From a virus (taxonomy: Duplodnaviria > Caudoviricetes), in IMG/VR virus record IMGVR_UViG_3300048575_000011, positions 1 through 27,101 of that record: a DNA stretch of 27,101 nucleotides; one strand, 5' to 3'. Within the stretch, counting starts at the first letter, position 1. Each line of letters starts with the position of its first letter. The translations under genes and the position numbers were made by a program. A model generated the notes under the pieces. It was not told the origin of the DNA, made no database searches, and saw only the letters and a list, made by a program, of their open reading frames with translations. Of the stretch, positions 1 to 10,400 are shown in pieces.

Positions 1-213
1 TATGGTCCCGATGTGAAGCCAGTTGACCGACTGGCGCGTATCCGTCGAGCCTCCAACCGGCTCTCGGTAGTCTCTCTTCGCGGCGCCCAGCGCCTCGCGC
101 GCCGCTGCCGGCGTGGTCGCCCCGGTCCCGCCAGCGGAGACGGGAATAGCGTCTCCGCTCGGGATCTCTGATAGCTTCCCTGAAACGAGCGTTACCGGCC
201 GTCGCGATGCCAT
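1..213 (-). CDS. Tail fibre protein, N-terminal part (runs off the left edge); not in the ORF track
   Basis: ATG at 213, 3 nt after the TAA of the 217..726 gene. Open to position 1: MASRRPVTLVSGKLSEIPSGDAIPVSAGGTGATTPAAAREALGAAKRDYREPVGGSTDTRQSVNWLHIGTI. The PVxxGGTGATTxxxARxxLG motif is typical of phage tail fibre shafts. Confidence 0.8.
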   Translation of the reverse strand, partial: MASRRPVTLVSGKLSEIPSGDAIPVSAGGTGATTPAAAREALGAAKRDYREPVGGSTDTRQSVNWLHIGTI

Positions 214-216
214 GAT

Positions 217-726
217 TTATGCCAGCGTGACGGATGTGCCGCGCTCGAAATTCACGGCGGTGGTGGAAACGGCCGTTCCCAGGCGCTGCACGACATTACC
301 GGACGTGCTGGGGACGGTAGCGCCGCCCTGCCCGGCCGTCGTTTGCAGAAATACGGACCCAGGCGTCTGCCCGGAGACATGCGTGTTCGTTCCCTCGAAA
401 AAGACCGTAGCATCGACGCCGGACGAGAATGCGGCCAGCACGAATCCGTCGCATTCCTTGCCGGCTACGGTCGCATCGGACTTGCGGACCTTGGCGACAC
501 CGTTATCGTTCCAGACATTGACGAAATCTCCATCGGCAAGAGCCTCGCTCGCCGTGATCTGGGCAGTCTCGGGGACAACGCCGACCGGCATCATTGACTG
601 GCTGAGCCGACCCGTGTCATCGAGCGCGGGAATGTCGCCAGCGTTCGCAGCGCCGGCAGAAGATTGCACGCCGAGCACTTCGGTAATCCGGCCTGCGATC
701 AGCCTGAGAAATTTCTTTGCGGCCAT
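217..726 (-). CDS. Phage virion protein, 169 aa, with a C-terminal DUF2190/cement-like beta domain
   Basis: Strong SD (TAGGAGG-ccagc-ATG). Pattern ASEALADGDFVNV...KSDA...GFVLAA...G...TV...G...TPGSVFL...AG...P...VQRLGTA resembles cement/decoration-like trimeric beta domains. Confidence 0.72.
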   Translation of the reverse strand: MAAKKFLRLIAGRITEVLGVQSSAGAANAGDIPALDDTGRLSQSMMPVGVVPETAQITASEALADGDFVNVWNDNGVAKVRKSDATVAGKECDGFVLAAFSSGVDATVFFEGTNTHVSGQTPGSVFLQTTAGQGGATVPSTSGNVVQRLGTAVSTTAVNFERGTSVTLA

Positions 727-735
727 GCTGGCCTC

Positions 736-1236
736 CTAGATGAGTGAAATAGGGGGTTGGGGATCGATGTTCAGCATCTTCGCTGTCTGCGCGAAGCCGA
801 TCACTTGGGCGAAAACTGCGTCTGCGGGTAGCGTCTGGACGAGATACCCGCCCTTCCCGACGAACACTGGGCCGGGTGACCAACTCCAGCCTTCGTGGGT
901 TATGGCGTAGCTCTGCCGAACCTGGGCAAAGTCACCAGGGACATAGGCATCTTCGAGAACTCCGAGAACGGCCCCGAAATGAGCGGGGTTCGAGCAGTCT
1001 GCATACTGCAAGAGACCGTCAGTGCGGTAGGCCACCGCGCTATGACCGCTGAGAGGTAGCGGGCCGACCATCACCAGCACCGAGCCGCCAGAAGGACCGG
1101 GCGGGCCTTGCGGTCCTCGCGGCCCCTGCTCGGCGACCGAGAGGACGTCGATGCTTTCTTCCGTCTCGACGATCGTCGCGCCTTCGTCCTCGACGGCGAG
1201 GATGGTTGAGGTTTCGACTTCGACAACCTCAGTCAT
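736..1236 (-). CDS. Phage virion protein, 166 aa: acidic N-terminus, short collagen-like segment, cement-like beta domain
   Basis: Contains GPRGPQGPPGPSG (four G-P-X triplets). C-terminal ~110 aa aligns by eye with the 169-aa neighbour. Overlaps the upstream gene by 8 nt. Confidence 0.72.
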   Translation of the reverse strand: MTEVVEVETSTILAVEDEGATIVETEESIDVLSVAEQGPRGPQGPPGPSGGSVLVMVGPLPLSGHSAVAYRTDGLLQYADCSNPAHFGAVLGVLEDAYVPGDFAQVRQSYAITHEGWSWSPGPVFVGKGGYLVQTLPADAVFAQVIGFAQTAKMLNIDPQPPISLI

Positions 1237-1585
1237 CGCGCGTTATCTCCGGCGAGACCGATACGGATCCCTCGACAAGACGAACGACATCGCCCCCAGC
1301 CATCACTACTTCCAGATCGTAGGCTCCGCCCGACCAGGTGATCGCAGCGGTGCTCCCCGCATCAAGGTGGAGATCGATGGCTCCGTTCGGACCGTCGATC
1401 AGGATCTGACCGCCCGCCGTACTCAGGGTCAGCAGGGCGGGAGATTTCTTGTCCTTCCTGATCTGCATTCTCGCCGTCGCACCGACGAGAGAGATCGGCG
1501 TGACGCCACCGGGCGCGAGCCACCGAAACCGCTTTCGGAAGGTCGCGCCCTGGTAAAGCTTCAGATTCACTTTGGCCGGCGTCAT
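1229..1585 (-). CDS. BppU-N/LtfC-like beta-sandwich virion (fibre adaptor) protein, 118 aa
   Basis: Start reassigned to the ATG at 1585 (GGGGAGGA-ttgtcgcc-ATG). Motifs YQGATF, LVGATARMQIR, YDLEV, VVRLVEGSVSVSPEIT are typical of this phage family. Confidence 0.72.
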   Translation of the reverse strand: MTPAKVNLKLYQGATFRKRFRWLAPGGVTPISLVGATARMQIRKDKKSPALLTLSTAGGQILIDGPNGAIDLHLDAGSTAAITWSGGAYDLEVVMAGGDVVRLVEGSVSVSPEITRDD

Positions 1586-1591
1586 GGCGAC

Positions 1592-1627
1592 AATCCTCCC
1601 CATTCGCCCGGGCAAAGAAAAACCCTA
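1592..1627 (-). promoter_or_regulatory. Bipartite motif copy 2: TAGGGTTT-N21-GAGGATT, putative phage activator-dependent promoter
   Basis: Same two boxes and same 21-nt spacing as the copy at 14903-14938. The TAG of the first box is the giant gene's stop codon. Confidence 0.55.
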
Positions 1628-4450
1628 GAGCCCGTCCTTGACCGTCGCGAATTCGCTCCTGAGTTGCGCGCGCATGGCCTTCGGAGCGCTCGCGGCGATG
1701 CGCTGGTCCTTCGACTTGCGCATTTCCTTCACCCGGCTCATCACAGAGGGGACAGAGATCAGCATGCGCTGATCCGGGTTCTTCTCGTTCCACTCGGCGA
1801 TGTCGTTGCGAGCCGACTGCACCCTATCAGGGTCGTTCTCGAAAATGCCCTGCGCCCACTTCGCTCGGATCTCCTGCACGCGCAGGTTGTAGAAGTTCTT
1901 CGCCTGCTGGGCCTGAGAGTTCGCGTCCTGGATCGTGGCAACGCTGTTCGGCTGGAATCCGATCGCCTTCAACGCCGCTTCGAGCCCGTTGGTATCGAGT
2001 ACCTTGTAACCCTTCGCGTCGCGGTACATGCCAGTCGCTGCCATGTCAGCACCCTTCGCCGCGTTGCGCACGGCCTGCGGTGCAACGTTCAGCAGCCCTC
2101 CCCCGATGTCACCGCCCAGCGCCCGCCCTGCGCCCTGCGCGATGCGCTGCACGAAGTCTCCGGCCGGGCCGACCAGTTCCAGCACATCGCTGGTGTGGCT
2201 CGACTTGCTCTGGAAAAGTCCGGTACCGGGAATCAGGTTTCCCATGCCCAGGCGCCCGGCGACATCAATGGGCGTGCCCGGCAGGCCGGTGATGCCCTTG
2301 TCAATGAAGCTGGAGATTCCCTTTCCGAACACGTCTTCGAGGAACTCTTGCCGGGCCGCTTTGGTGCTGAAGTTGTAGCCGAGCAGCTGCGCCAGACCGT
2401 CCGCAACGTCCTCCACGTCCTCGGCGAACGGCAGGCCGCCCGCGCCGCCCATCACCATCAGCACGCCCAGCGCCAACGCTGCCGCCTTCTTGCCCTCGGG
2501 GCCGCCTTGCGTGGCCATGCGGTGCAGCAGCTCAAGGTAGGCAATGCTGTAGGTCTTGAACGTCATCAGCGTGCCGCCGATCGCGCCCCGGCCCCACTGC
2601 ATCTTGTTGGCCTTGCTGTACTGGAACTGCGTCTCGATGACCGCGCGCTTTGCGAATGCGCCCGGGTCTGCGATGCCCTGTTGCTTGGCGATCCGGTAGG
2701 CCGCGATGAACGTGACGCGGCGGTTCGTCTGCTCGGCCATGCCGAACACCTTGCCCCAGGCGAAGGAGACGCGCTTGAGCGCGTTCATGCCCTGCGCGAT
2801 CGCGTCGCCCTGCTTGGTGCCGTCCCCAGCGCGCAGCGATCCGCGCCCCTGAGCCTGGGCCATCAACTGATGGACCTCCTGCGGGCTCACGGTGCCATCG
2901 TCCTCGGCGGCCTTCAGCGCGGCGGCGAGATCATTCTCGTAGGCGAACCCCTTCGTCGCCATGTTCTTCGCCGCCTTCCCCAGCTGCGCCGCCGCGTTGC
3001 GCGCGCCGCCGAACTGGGATAGCCACGGGAAAGTGACCGCCACCGGCTGCGACATGTTGACGAAGGCCGACGCGATCGATCCACCCAGGTACTGCGCGAA
3101 GAGGAAACCGCGAATGGCCTGCGCTTCCTCCTGGGGGTTCTTCACATAGTCGGCCAGCCGATAGGCCACGTCCTTCAGCTCTCCCCGTTGCTTCGGGATC
3201 GCATCAACGGCCTCGCCGAGATCGCCGATATTCAGGCCTGCGGCCGTGTTCCGCGCGTTCGAGTAGAGGAAGGCCGCAAGCACGCGCCCAACGTCCTCGC
3301 TGTAGCCGGCGATGCCTTGCCGGTGAATCAGCCGCTTCATCGCGCTGCGGTTGCTCTTCGTCAGGCGCAGATACTCCTGGAATGCCTGATCGCGCGCGCT
3401 ATCGCCCGTGGAATCCAGGCCCAGGGCGTTGCCGAACAGCTCCAGCGTCTCCGGCGTGATGCCGGCGAACAGCTTGAACGACTCGTTCGAGAGCGTGCCC
3501 TGCGAAACCGCCCCGGCGCCGAACTCCTTGCGCATCCGCTCGGCCATCTTGTTTGCCTCGCGCGCCGTCTCGAACAGGCCGAAATACTTGCGCTCCCCGC
3601 CCTCGACAACATCGACCGTGTATTGTCCGAACCGCGAGAGAGGCGCGTAGCCCTTCTCCGCCAGCTTGGCCACCTTGTCGGCCCTGTCCATCATGCCGTT
3701 CGCGACAACCATCAGGTGCTCTTCGCGGCTCGGATCTTCCTGGGCCAGCTCCGCGAAGTGGTCGCGAAGCATCGCAGCCGCCGATTCGAGGCTCGGGGCA
3801 TTCATCACCGCGTCGCGCAGCTCCTTGGCGTCCTCCCCGCCATAGCGCAGCATGTCGGAGCGGGCCATCGTGTCAAGGCTCCGATCGATCGCCATCCTGA
3901 ACTCGCGATAGAGCCCGATCTGACCATCGTTCAAGCCGAACATCTTGCGCAGCTCTGCGTCCGTCCAGACGATGCCCGGTTGCAGGAAAGCGGAAGCGTA
4001 CCGAGCGTTGATGTTTGCCTCGTACTGCTCCTGCTTCATGCCCTGCCACATCGCATAGACGTTGTGCGAGAGCTGGTCGGCGCCCAGCAGGCGCTGAGCC
4101 TTCTCGTCTGCGGTCAGCGTCTCCGCCTGGGCGACCAGATCATCAACAAGCGTCGGGCGGCTGGCGATGTCGCGCGACCACGACAGCGTTCCTTCAAAGA
4201 TCGGTCGGGCGACCGCCTTGTTGTCCTCTGCGCTCACCGGCTTCTTCGCGATGTCCTGCCACGTCTCCAGCTTAGGGAGGATCGTGGGCGCCATGTCTGC
4301 GGAGTCCGTAGCCCACTTGCTCACGTCATCGACGAAGCCCTGGGCCGCATCGAAGACGCGCTTGAACTCGGGCGAGCGCTCGGCGAGGTTGTACATGGTG
4401 CCCACGGTCTTGTGCCACCAGGAAACCTTGCCCGGCGCGCTGAACGTCTG
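1625..4450 (-). other. Domain: conserved PLxRFG-family C-terminal core with hydrophobic, putative membrane-inserting helices
   Basis: PLSRFG at 3626-3643; ETQFQYSKAN; ALALGVLMVMGGAGGLPF hydrophobic stretch. Boundaries approximate. Confidence 0.65.
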
Positions 4451-7400
4451 GTTCAGCGTATCGACGGCGTGCCGCGTGTAGGCCTTCGCATCGGCGATGC
4501 TGCCCATCGCTGCCCCGTTCGCCTGCCCGCGAAGCGCCATGTTCTCGCGCATCAGATCGAGCCCGAGATCGAGCGCGGAAGAAAGCGCGTTGTCGCTGAC
4601 GTAGGCGGGCATCCCGAGGATGCTCTTCACGATCCTGACGAATGCATCCCATGCAGAGCGAAGAGCGCTGCCGGCCGGTGCCTCGATCTGTCGTAGAGCC
4701 TGCTGGAAGTCCGGGTTGGTGAAGGCCTCGGCGACGAACTCATCGACGTTCTTCATACCGTACAGCTCGTTGATTCCACCGTTCTTCTTGACATGCTGGT
4801 AGAGCAAATTCATCCGGGTCGATGCGAGGCCGGTTTTCTCGATCGCCTTTGCGGTCGCCGCATGGATGAACTCGTGGAGCATGTGCCGCTCGGCGTCGAA
4901 CGGGCGGAACATGAAAACGCTGTCCTTCGCCGGGTAATAGACGGCGGCATATTCGCGCGCCTTCCCGCCCATGTTCAGCTCCGCTCCCGACGAGATCGCG
5001 AGGGACGGATTGATTCCAGTCTTCAGCAGCAGGCCCGCCAGCTGGCGGTTGAACTGCGAATGCGAAGCTCCCTTGATCAGGCCAAGCACATCGGCCGCCT
5101 TCTGCCCCTCAACAGCCATTCCGAACACCGCCTTGTCCAGGCGGGTCATCCCAGGCGATCGCGCCGCCGCGCCCAGGATGCTCGAATTGTTCGGATCAAC
5201 TCCAGCGGACCGCATCAACACCACCGGGCCGGAAGCGTCGCGCACCGTTTCGAGCGCCGTAGAGGCTTGAGACAGGATGTGAAGCAGGTCTGTTTCTCCA
5301 TAACTCGCCAACTTGAACCCATGGGCGCGCAACCATGCCCGGATTCCTCCGATGATCGCCTTCACCTTGTCAGTGAACTTCGGATCCTGAGCGATATGCG
5401 AAAGCAGCTCCTCCACAATGATCTGAGTGCGTTCCGGGTCGGAAAATTTCGACTCGGCGAGCGAGGACGCATAGTCCTGCATTTCGCGGATAAAGCCGCG
5501 TTTTGCGGCCAGAGCGGCCAGCCCCTTGCGCCCACCGATGCTGGCGTATAGAGCATTAAGTTGCAGCGCGATCCTCGGCCCATACAGGCGACGGATACCG
5601 ACGTGCCCCTTGATTTCGTGCAGAATGGTGGCTTCAAGATCGGACTCAGAGCCATGCTCGTCAGCCACGACATAGACCACGCCTTGATGCAATACACCCT
5701 TTGCCTGGTCGCCATCGCCGTACTGGTGTACGGCGGCTTTCACGTCTTGAGGAAGCGCGTCGAACGTCGGGACGAGACGGAGATCGACATTCCAGACTTT
5801 CTGAATGGTTCCCCGCAGCCCGGCGATCACGCCGGAGGCCGTCTCAAGACTGATTGGACGGAAGTCCATGGCCTTCGCCGAGTCGGAACGAGAAAGTAGA
5901 GCGATACCGGCACCCGTCTCCAACTCGTTCGCGGGTTTGTCGATGACTACCATGCGCGCATTGACGCCAGTATTCACCGGTAGATTCGGATCAAGGAAAG
6001 ATCCTTCCGGCAACTTCTCGGACGTGGCGCCCAATTCATCGAGCCAGTTTCTGAAGCTCTCTGCCGCCTTGTTGCTCTGGAAGAAAGCGCCCTCGCCCAT
6101 GATGGCCACCAGTCTTCCACCAGGACGCAAAAGGCTGAATGCGTGCTTCACATGCTCGATGTCCCGCCCCTTGGAGAAAGGCGGGTTCATGATGATCCGG
6201 TCGTATCCGCTGCTGCTTCCGCGCTTCTCGATACCGGTCAGCGCGTCACGATCCACCCATTCAAAGCGGCGCATATCGGGTTGTCCAGCATCATCCAGCG
6301 GGGCCAATCCAACGCGCCCACTGCCCATGCCGCCCGACTTGGCCATCACGCCCACGCGCCCATCCTCATGGCGGAACACGTCGCCATAGGTGAAGCTGCG
6401 AGCATTCATGCCAGTGAAGTCTTCGCCGACGATGTTGTAGCCCTTGGCGTCCAGCAGTTCTCGGCGATCTCCCGACAGCTCCACGACATCTGGCTCAACG
6501 CCGGTTTTCTCGCGAATCGCGTCGGCAATGTGGCCCATTCCGGCCGACGGCTCCAGCACCGACATGCCGTCTGTGATCTCGGCCGCATCCAGCATCGAAT
6601 CGACAACCGCATCACTCGTCGGGAAGAAGTCCAGCCCGTCATTGCGGCGCCCGATCATCGCGCGTTCCATCTGCTTGATCTTGTCGGGCGTGGCCTGTGC
6701 CTCTTGCAGATTGACGAACTCGCGCAGTGCGGCGCGGAACTCGCTGGGAGTGTAGAGGCCCATGCCCTCCAAGCGCTTGCGCCCTTCGGCGGCTGATTCC
6801 AGCGCCCACGGGATCGAAACGGCGCCCTTGGCGCGGCGGCCCACGGTATCGACCAGCTCTTTACCGAATTCTCCCGTCAGCGTGATGCGCTTGTCGCCAT
6901 CGCCTTCCCAGAGGCCCATCTTCATGGCCTCGCTGGGCGACAGAACCACGCGGTTTTCGCCGCGCTTGATGGCCAGGACGATGGCCCGCCCCGTCAGACC
7001 TGATCGGCGAATAGCTCGCTCTGCGTCGTCGCGGCTGGTGAAGTCAGCCATTTTCCCGGAACGCCCGAATTGACTGACGCGCAGAAGATTCGCCTTGGCC
7101 CAATCGGTATAGGCATCGGTCACATCGTCGGCGACACTCATCAGCCTCTGGCCAAGCTTCTTTGTCCCGTCGATCTCCAGCAGCTTGCGGCCCAGGTCGG
7201 CAAGGTCGGAGCGCATCGCCGTGAAGTTCGGGTACTTGGCGAAATCAACTGTCTCGCTGTTGATGGCCTCGCCGCGATGCTTCAGGTAGTCGGCATAGGC
7301 CGGGTACGTCTGGCGCAGCTGTTCATCCTTGGCGGTGCGCAGCGTGGCGGCAAGGTATTCCACCTGCACCTTTTGGCGCACGGCGTCCAGGTACTTGGTG

Positions 7401-10400
7401 TCGCCTCTCTCTATCGCGCCGGCAAGGTTGCTCATAGTGCCGGCCAGCGCCTTGTCTGCGCGTGCGGCGGACTCGGCGCTGTTGGCCATGCTGGCGCGGC
7501 GAGCGGTGTTGGTCTTGCGGTCCTGATTCAGCGATGCGTCGGCGCGCTCGTTCAACGCCTCGGCCATCGCGCGCAAACGCTCGGCGCCGGTCTGGCTGCG
7601 GTCATCTGCAAAGGCATCGCGGCGCGCTTGAGCTACCGCTTGCGCGTCTTCGGTGTCGCCCGCCACCAACTTGCTGAATGCGTCAGCCGATTCGCGGGTG
7701 CGGAACTGAAAACCAGGCACCGCGCCGTTTCCGCGATAGCTGCTGTAGTTCCCCCCCAAGCGTTTGGCCGAAGCGTTGAGCGTGTCGTAGTCCTCGCGGC
7801 TTACGCGGTCGGCCAGTTGCACCACGAACAGATCGTGTCCCTGCTTGGTGTGCTTGGTGGCAATGACGTTGCCAACAGTCGCCTGCCCGGCTGCGCGAAT
7901 GCCTTGGCTGCGCAGCGCGTTCTTGCGCTCTTCGCGCATGGCCTTGGATTGGTCGGCCTCCAGGTCGTCGTAGCGCTGGCGCTGCTCGGGCGTCAGCCTC
8001 AGATACGCCTGTTGGCGCGTCTCGCCGTTCGCCTGGATGTGGTGATTCAGCGCGGCGCGGAAATCCGACAGTGTTTGCGGGTCGCTGATCGCCTTGGCGT
8101 TCGCCTCGCGCCGGCTCTTGGCCTCGGCGCGGTACTGCTCGATTTCCTTGGCGTGGGCCTTGATGTCTTCATCGGTGGTGTTGGCCACCAGCTCGCGCAG
8201 CGCATCATCCTGCGCCTTGCGATGCTCGGCCAAGCCTGCGGCGCTCACCACAAACGACGACTTGCCGTAGCGGCGCCCCAGCGCGTATTCGTCGCTGATG
8301 GCGTTGGCCATGGCATCCACGATCTCGGCTTTCTTGGAATCGCGGTTACGCATGGCGAACGTAGCGCCGCCCGCGCGCAATAGCTGTTCCTTGGTCTGCG
8401 TGGCCAGCTCGGCCTTGATGGCGTCAATCTGCGACTCAACGCGCGCAAAGGATTCCTTCAGTTGTTCCGCCGTGGCTGTGCCGGCGCGGATCGCGTCCAT
8501 CGTGGCGACGTGCGAATCCAGCAGCGGCGTTTTGCTGGCGGGATCGGCTGGCGCTGCGGCCGGCTCGGTGGCCGTGGTGGTGGCGCTGTCCTCTGCGCGC
8601 ACTGCATCCACCAATTCACGCACCCGGCGCTTGGAATCAGGGACGCTCATGCCCTTGGTCCGATACAGCGCGGCCAGATCAAACTTGTCGCTGGTCAGCG
8701 CTTCGCCGTTCGTCGGTTGCAGCTTAACGCTGCTCGGGTATCCGTCGCGGCCAAGATTGACGCCGGCAACGATGGCGGTCTTGCCGATCGGCAACTGATC
8801 GCCCTTCTTCCACGACAGGATTTTGCGCATCAGGTCCATGTCGGACTTCTGCTTGCGCTCTGCCTGGTCGTCTTGGCTCTTCTTGCGCGCGGCGGTATCG
8901 GCCTCGCGCTGGGCTTCTGTGCGGGCCTTCAGAACTGCGTTGCGCACGCGCCCGGTTGCGCCATTCTTCCATTCGGCGAACTGCGTCATGGCGCGCGTGA
9001 GCGAATCATTGCGCGTGTTGGCCTGCTTGGCGTTCAAGCCGCTGCGGCCGGCGACGTGTCCGCTGTAGGTGCCTGCGCGCACGTTCATCAGGCGACCATA
9101 TGCGCCCAGGTAGTCGGTGCGCAGACTGTCCAGCGCTTCAGATAGCGCCGCCTTCTGCTCGTCGGTCTCGGCGACGGCTTCGGCATTGGTGCGCTCTCCT
9201 TCGATGAATTGCTCATACTCCTGAGCATCACCCTTGGCGCGCTGCGTTCCGCTGTGCGAGAGCCCCGAATAGCTGCTGGCCGCCTCATTCAGAGGGAAGG
9301 CGTGGTCTTTCGGCACCGCCTCATTGTCCGCATTCGGGATAATCGTTCGATCGCTTCCTTCTGCAACGCGGGAAATGATGTTGTTTCCGGCAAAACGACC
9401 CGCCTCTGTTTGCGCGGATGGCTTTGATTCGCCTCCAAACTGATCTACACTGGCATTGCCGCTTTGATCCTTGGGAAGAAGGGAGCTGCCTTGTGCAGTC
9501 GGCGCGCTGGTCCCGGCGCGTTGCCAGAGCGGTTCTTCGTTTTTGAACTGGTCGCCCCGAATCGGCGATGCCGATTTCACGTCGTAGAAGTCTCCTTCCT
9601 CCGACAGCGTGAGCTGAACCATCAGCCTGCCGCCCGTGCGGTTGGTTTGCAGAACCAGTGACAACCCGGATCCATTGCCCGGATAGATCGCGTTGAAGCT
9701 TTCCGCGACGTGCGCGATGAAATCCTGCGCCGAGTCAAAGCCAAGGCTCTTGAACTGCGCGCCGTGACGGGCCTCGATATGCATCAGCCCCCACTTCTCA
9801 TTACCACGACGAAGCCGAATCTTTCCCGCTTGCCGCCGCATTCCCCCACTCATCGCTGAAGTGATTTCACCGTAGTCCAGCCCACCTTTGGGCGCGGGGA
9901 TGAAGTCGTTGGGGCCTAGGCTAGTTTTGCCATCCGAGTTCGGCTTATCGACGGTGTAATCAGCATGGTTCGCGAGCTGGAACCATGCGATCGACGTTCC
10001 GTTCCCCGTCTCCGTATTCTTGATGCTGATCCCGCGCTTGTTTACCGACTCGACAACGTAGGGGCGACCCGCCGTCGCATAGTCGATGTCGCGCGCCAAG
10101 ATGATCGTGTCGCCCTTCTTGATCGCGGCCTGTGGGCCGCTCGTCGTCTCCTCGGTCGCCGCTTTCTTAGCGAGGACGCCGCGCGGCTGCTTGGCCGGCT
10201 CGGCGGCCGGCTCGGCGGCCGGCTTGGTCGTGTCGCCATCCTTCAGCCAGTCCTTGAACTCGCCCACGCTCATTTCGCGCACCGGGCCAACCTTCCAGCC
10301 CTTGTCGAAGTTCGAGCTGTAGGCCTTCTTTGCGCTGGTTTCGTCGTCAAAGCCCATCATGACCTTGTGCTCGTCAAAGCCTCCGGTCTTCTGGTTGAGC

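Noticed and set aside
1600-1635. Intrinsic terminator after the giant gene (GGGTTTTTTCTTT)
   Set aside because: The U-tract has no stable hairpin before it (mostly G-U pairs); better explained by the repeated TAGGGTTT motif.
1151-3022. 623-aa + strand ORF and other long + strand ORFs (3188-4696, 7070-8383, 9965-11041, 13045-13929)
   Set aside because: Antisense shadows of GC-rich minus-strand genes: Arg/Leu/His-rich, no recognisable motifs, fully overlapping better-supported CDSs.
6205-6410. Intein in the methyltransferase
   Set aside because: Insert is too short and lacks an N-terminal Cys/Ser block and a C-terminal His-Asn.
9338-9343. Second antisense -10-like hexamer GATAAT (encodes TIIP)
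   Set aside because: No -35 at 16-18 nt and no convincing folded RNA downstream; at most a relic of a lost cassette.
9458-9533. Calling the cloverleaf a true tRNA gene
   Set aside because: No GTTCRA T-loop, no 7-nt anticodon loop with U33 and purine 37, 9-bp closing stem, and the CCA at 9524-9526 is internal. Kept only as a tRNA-like ncRNA candidate.
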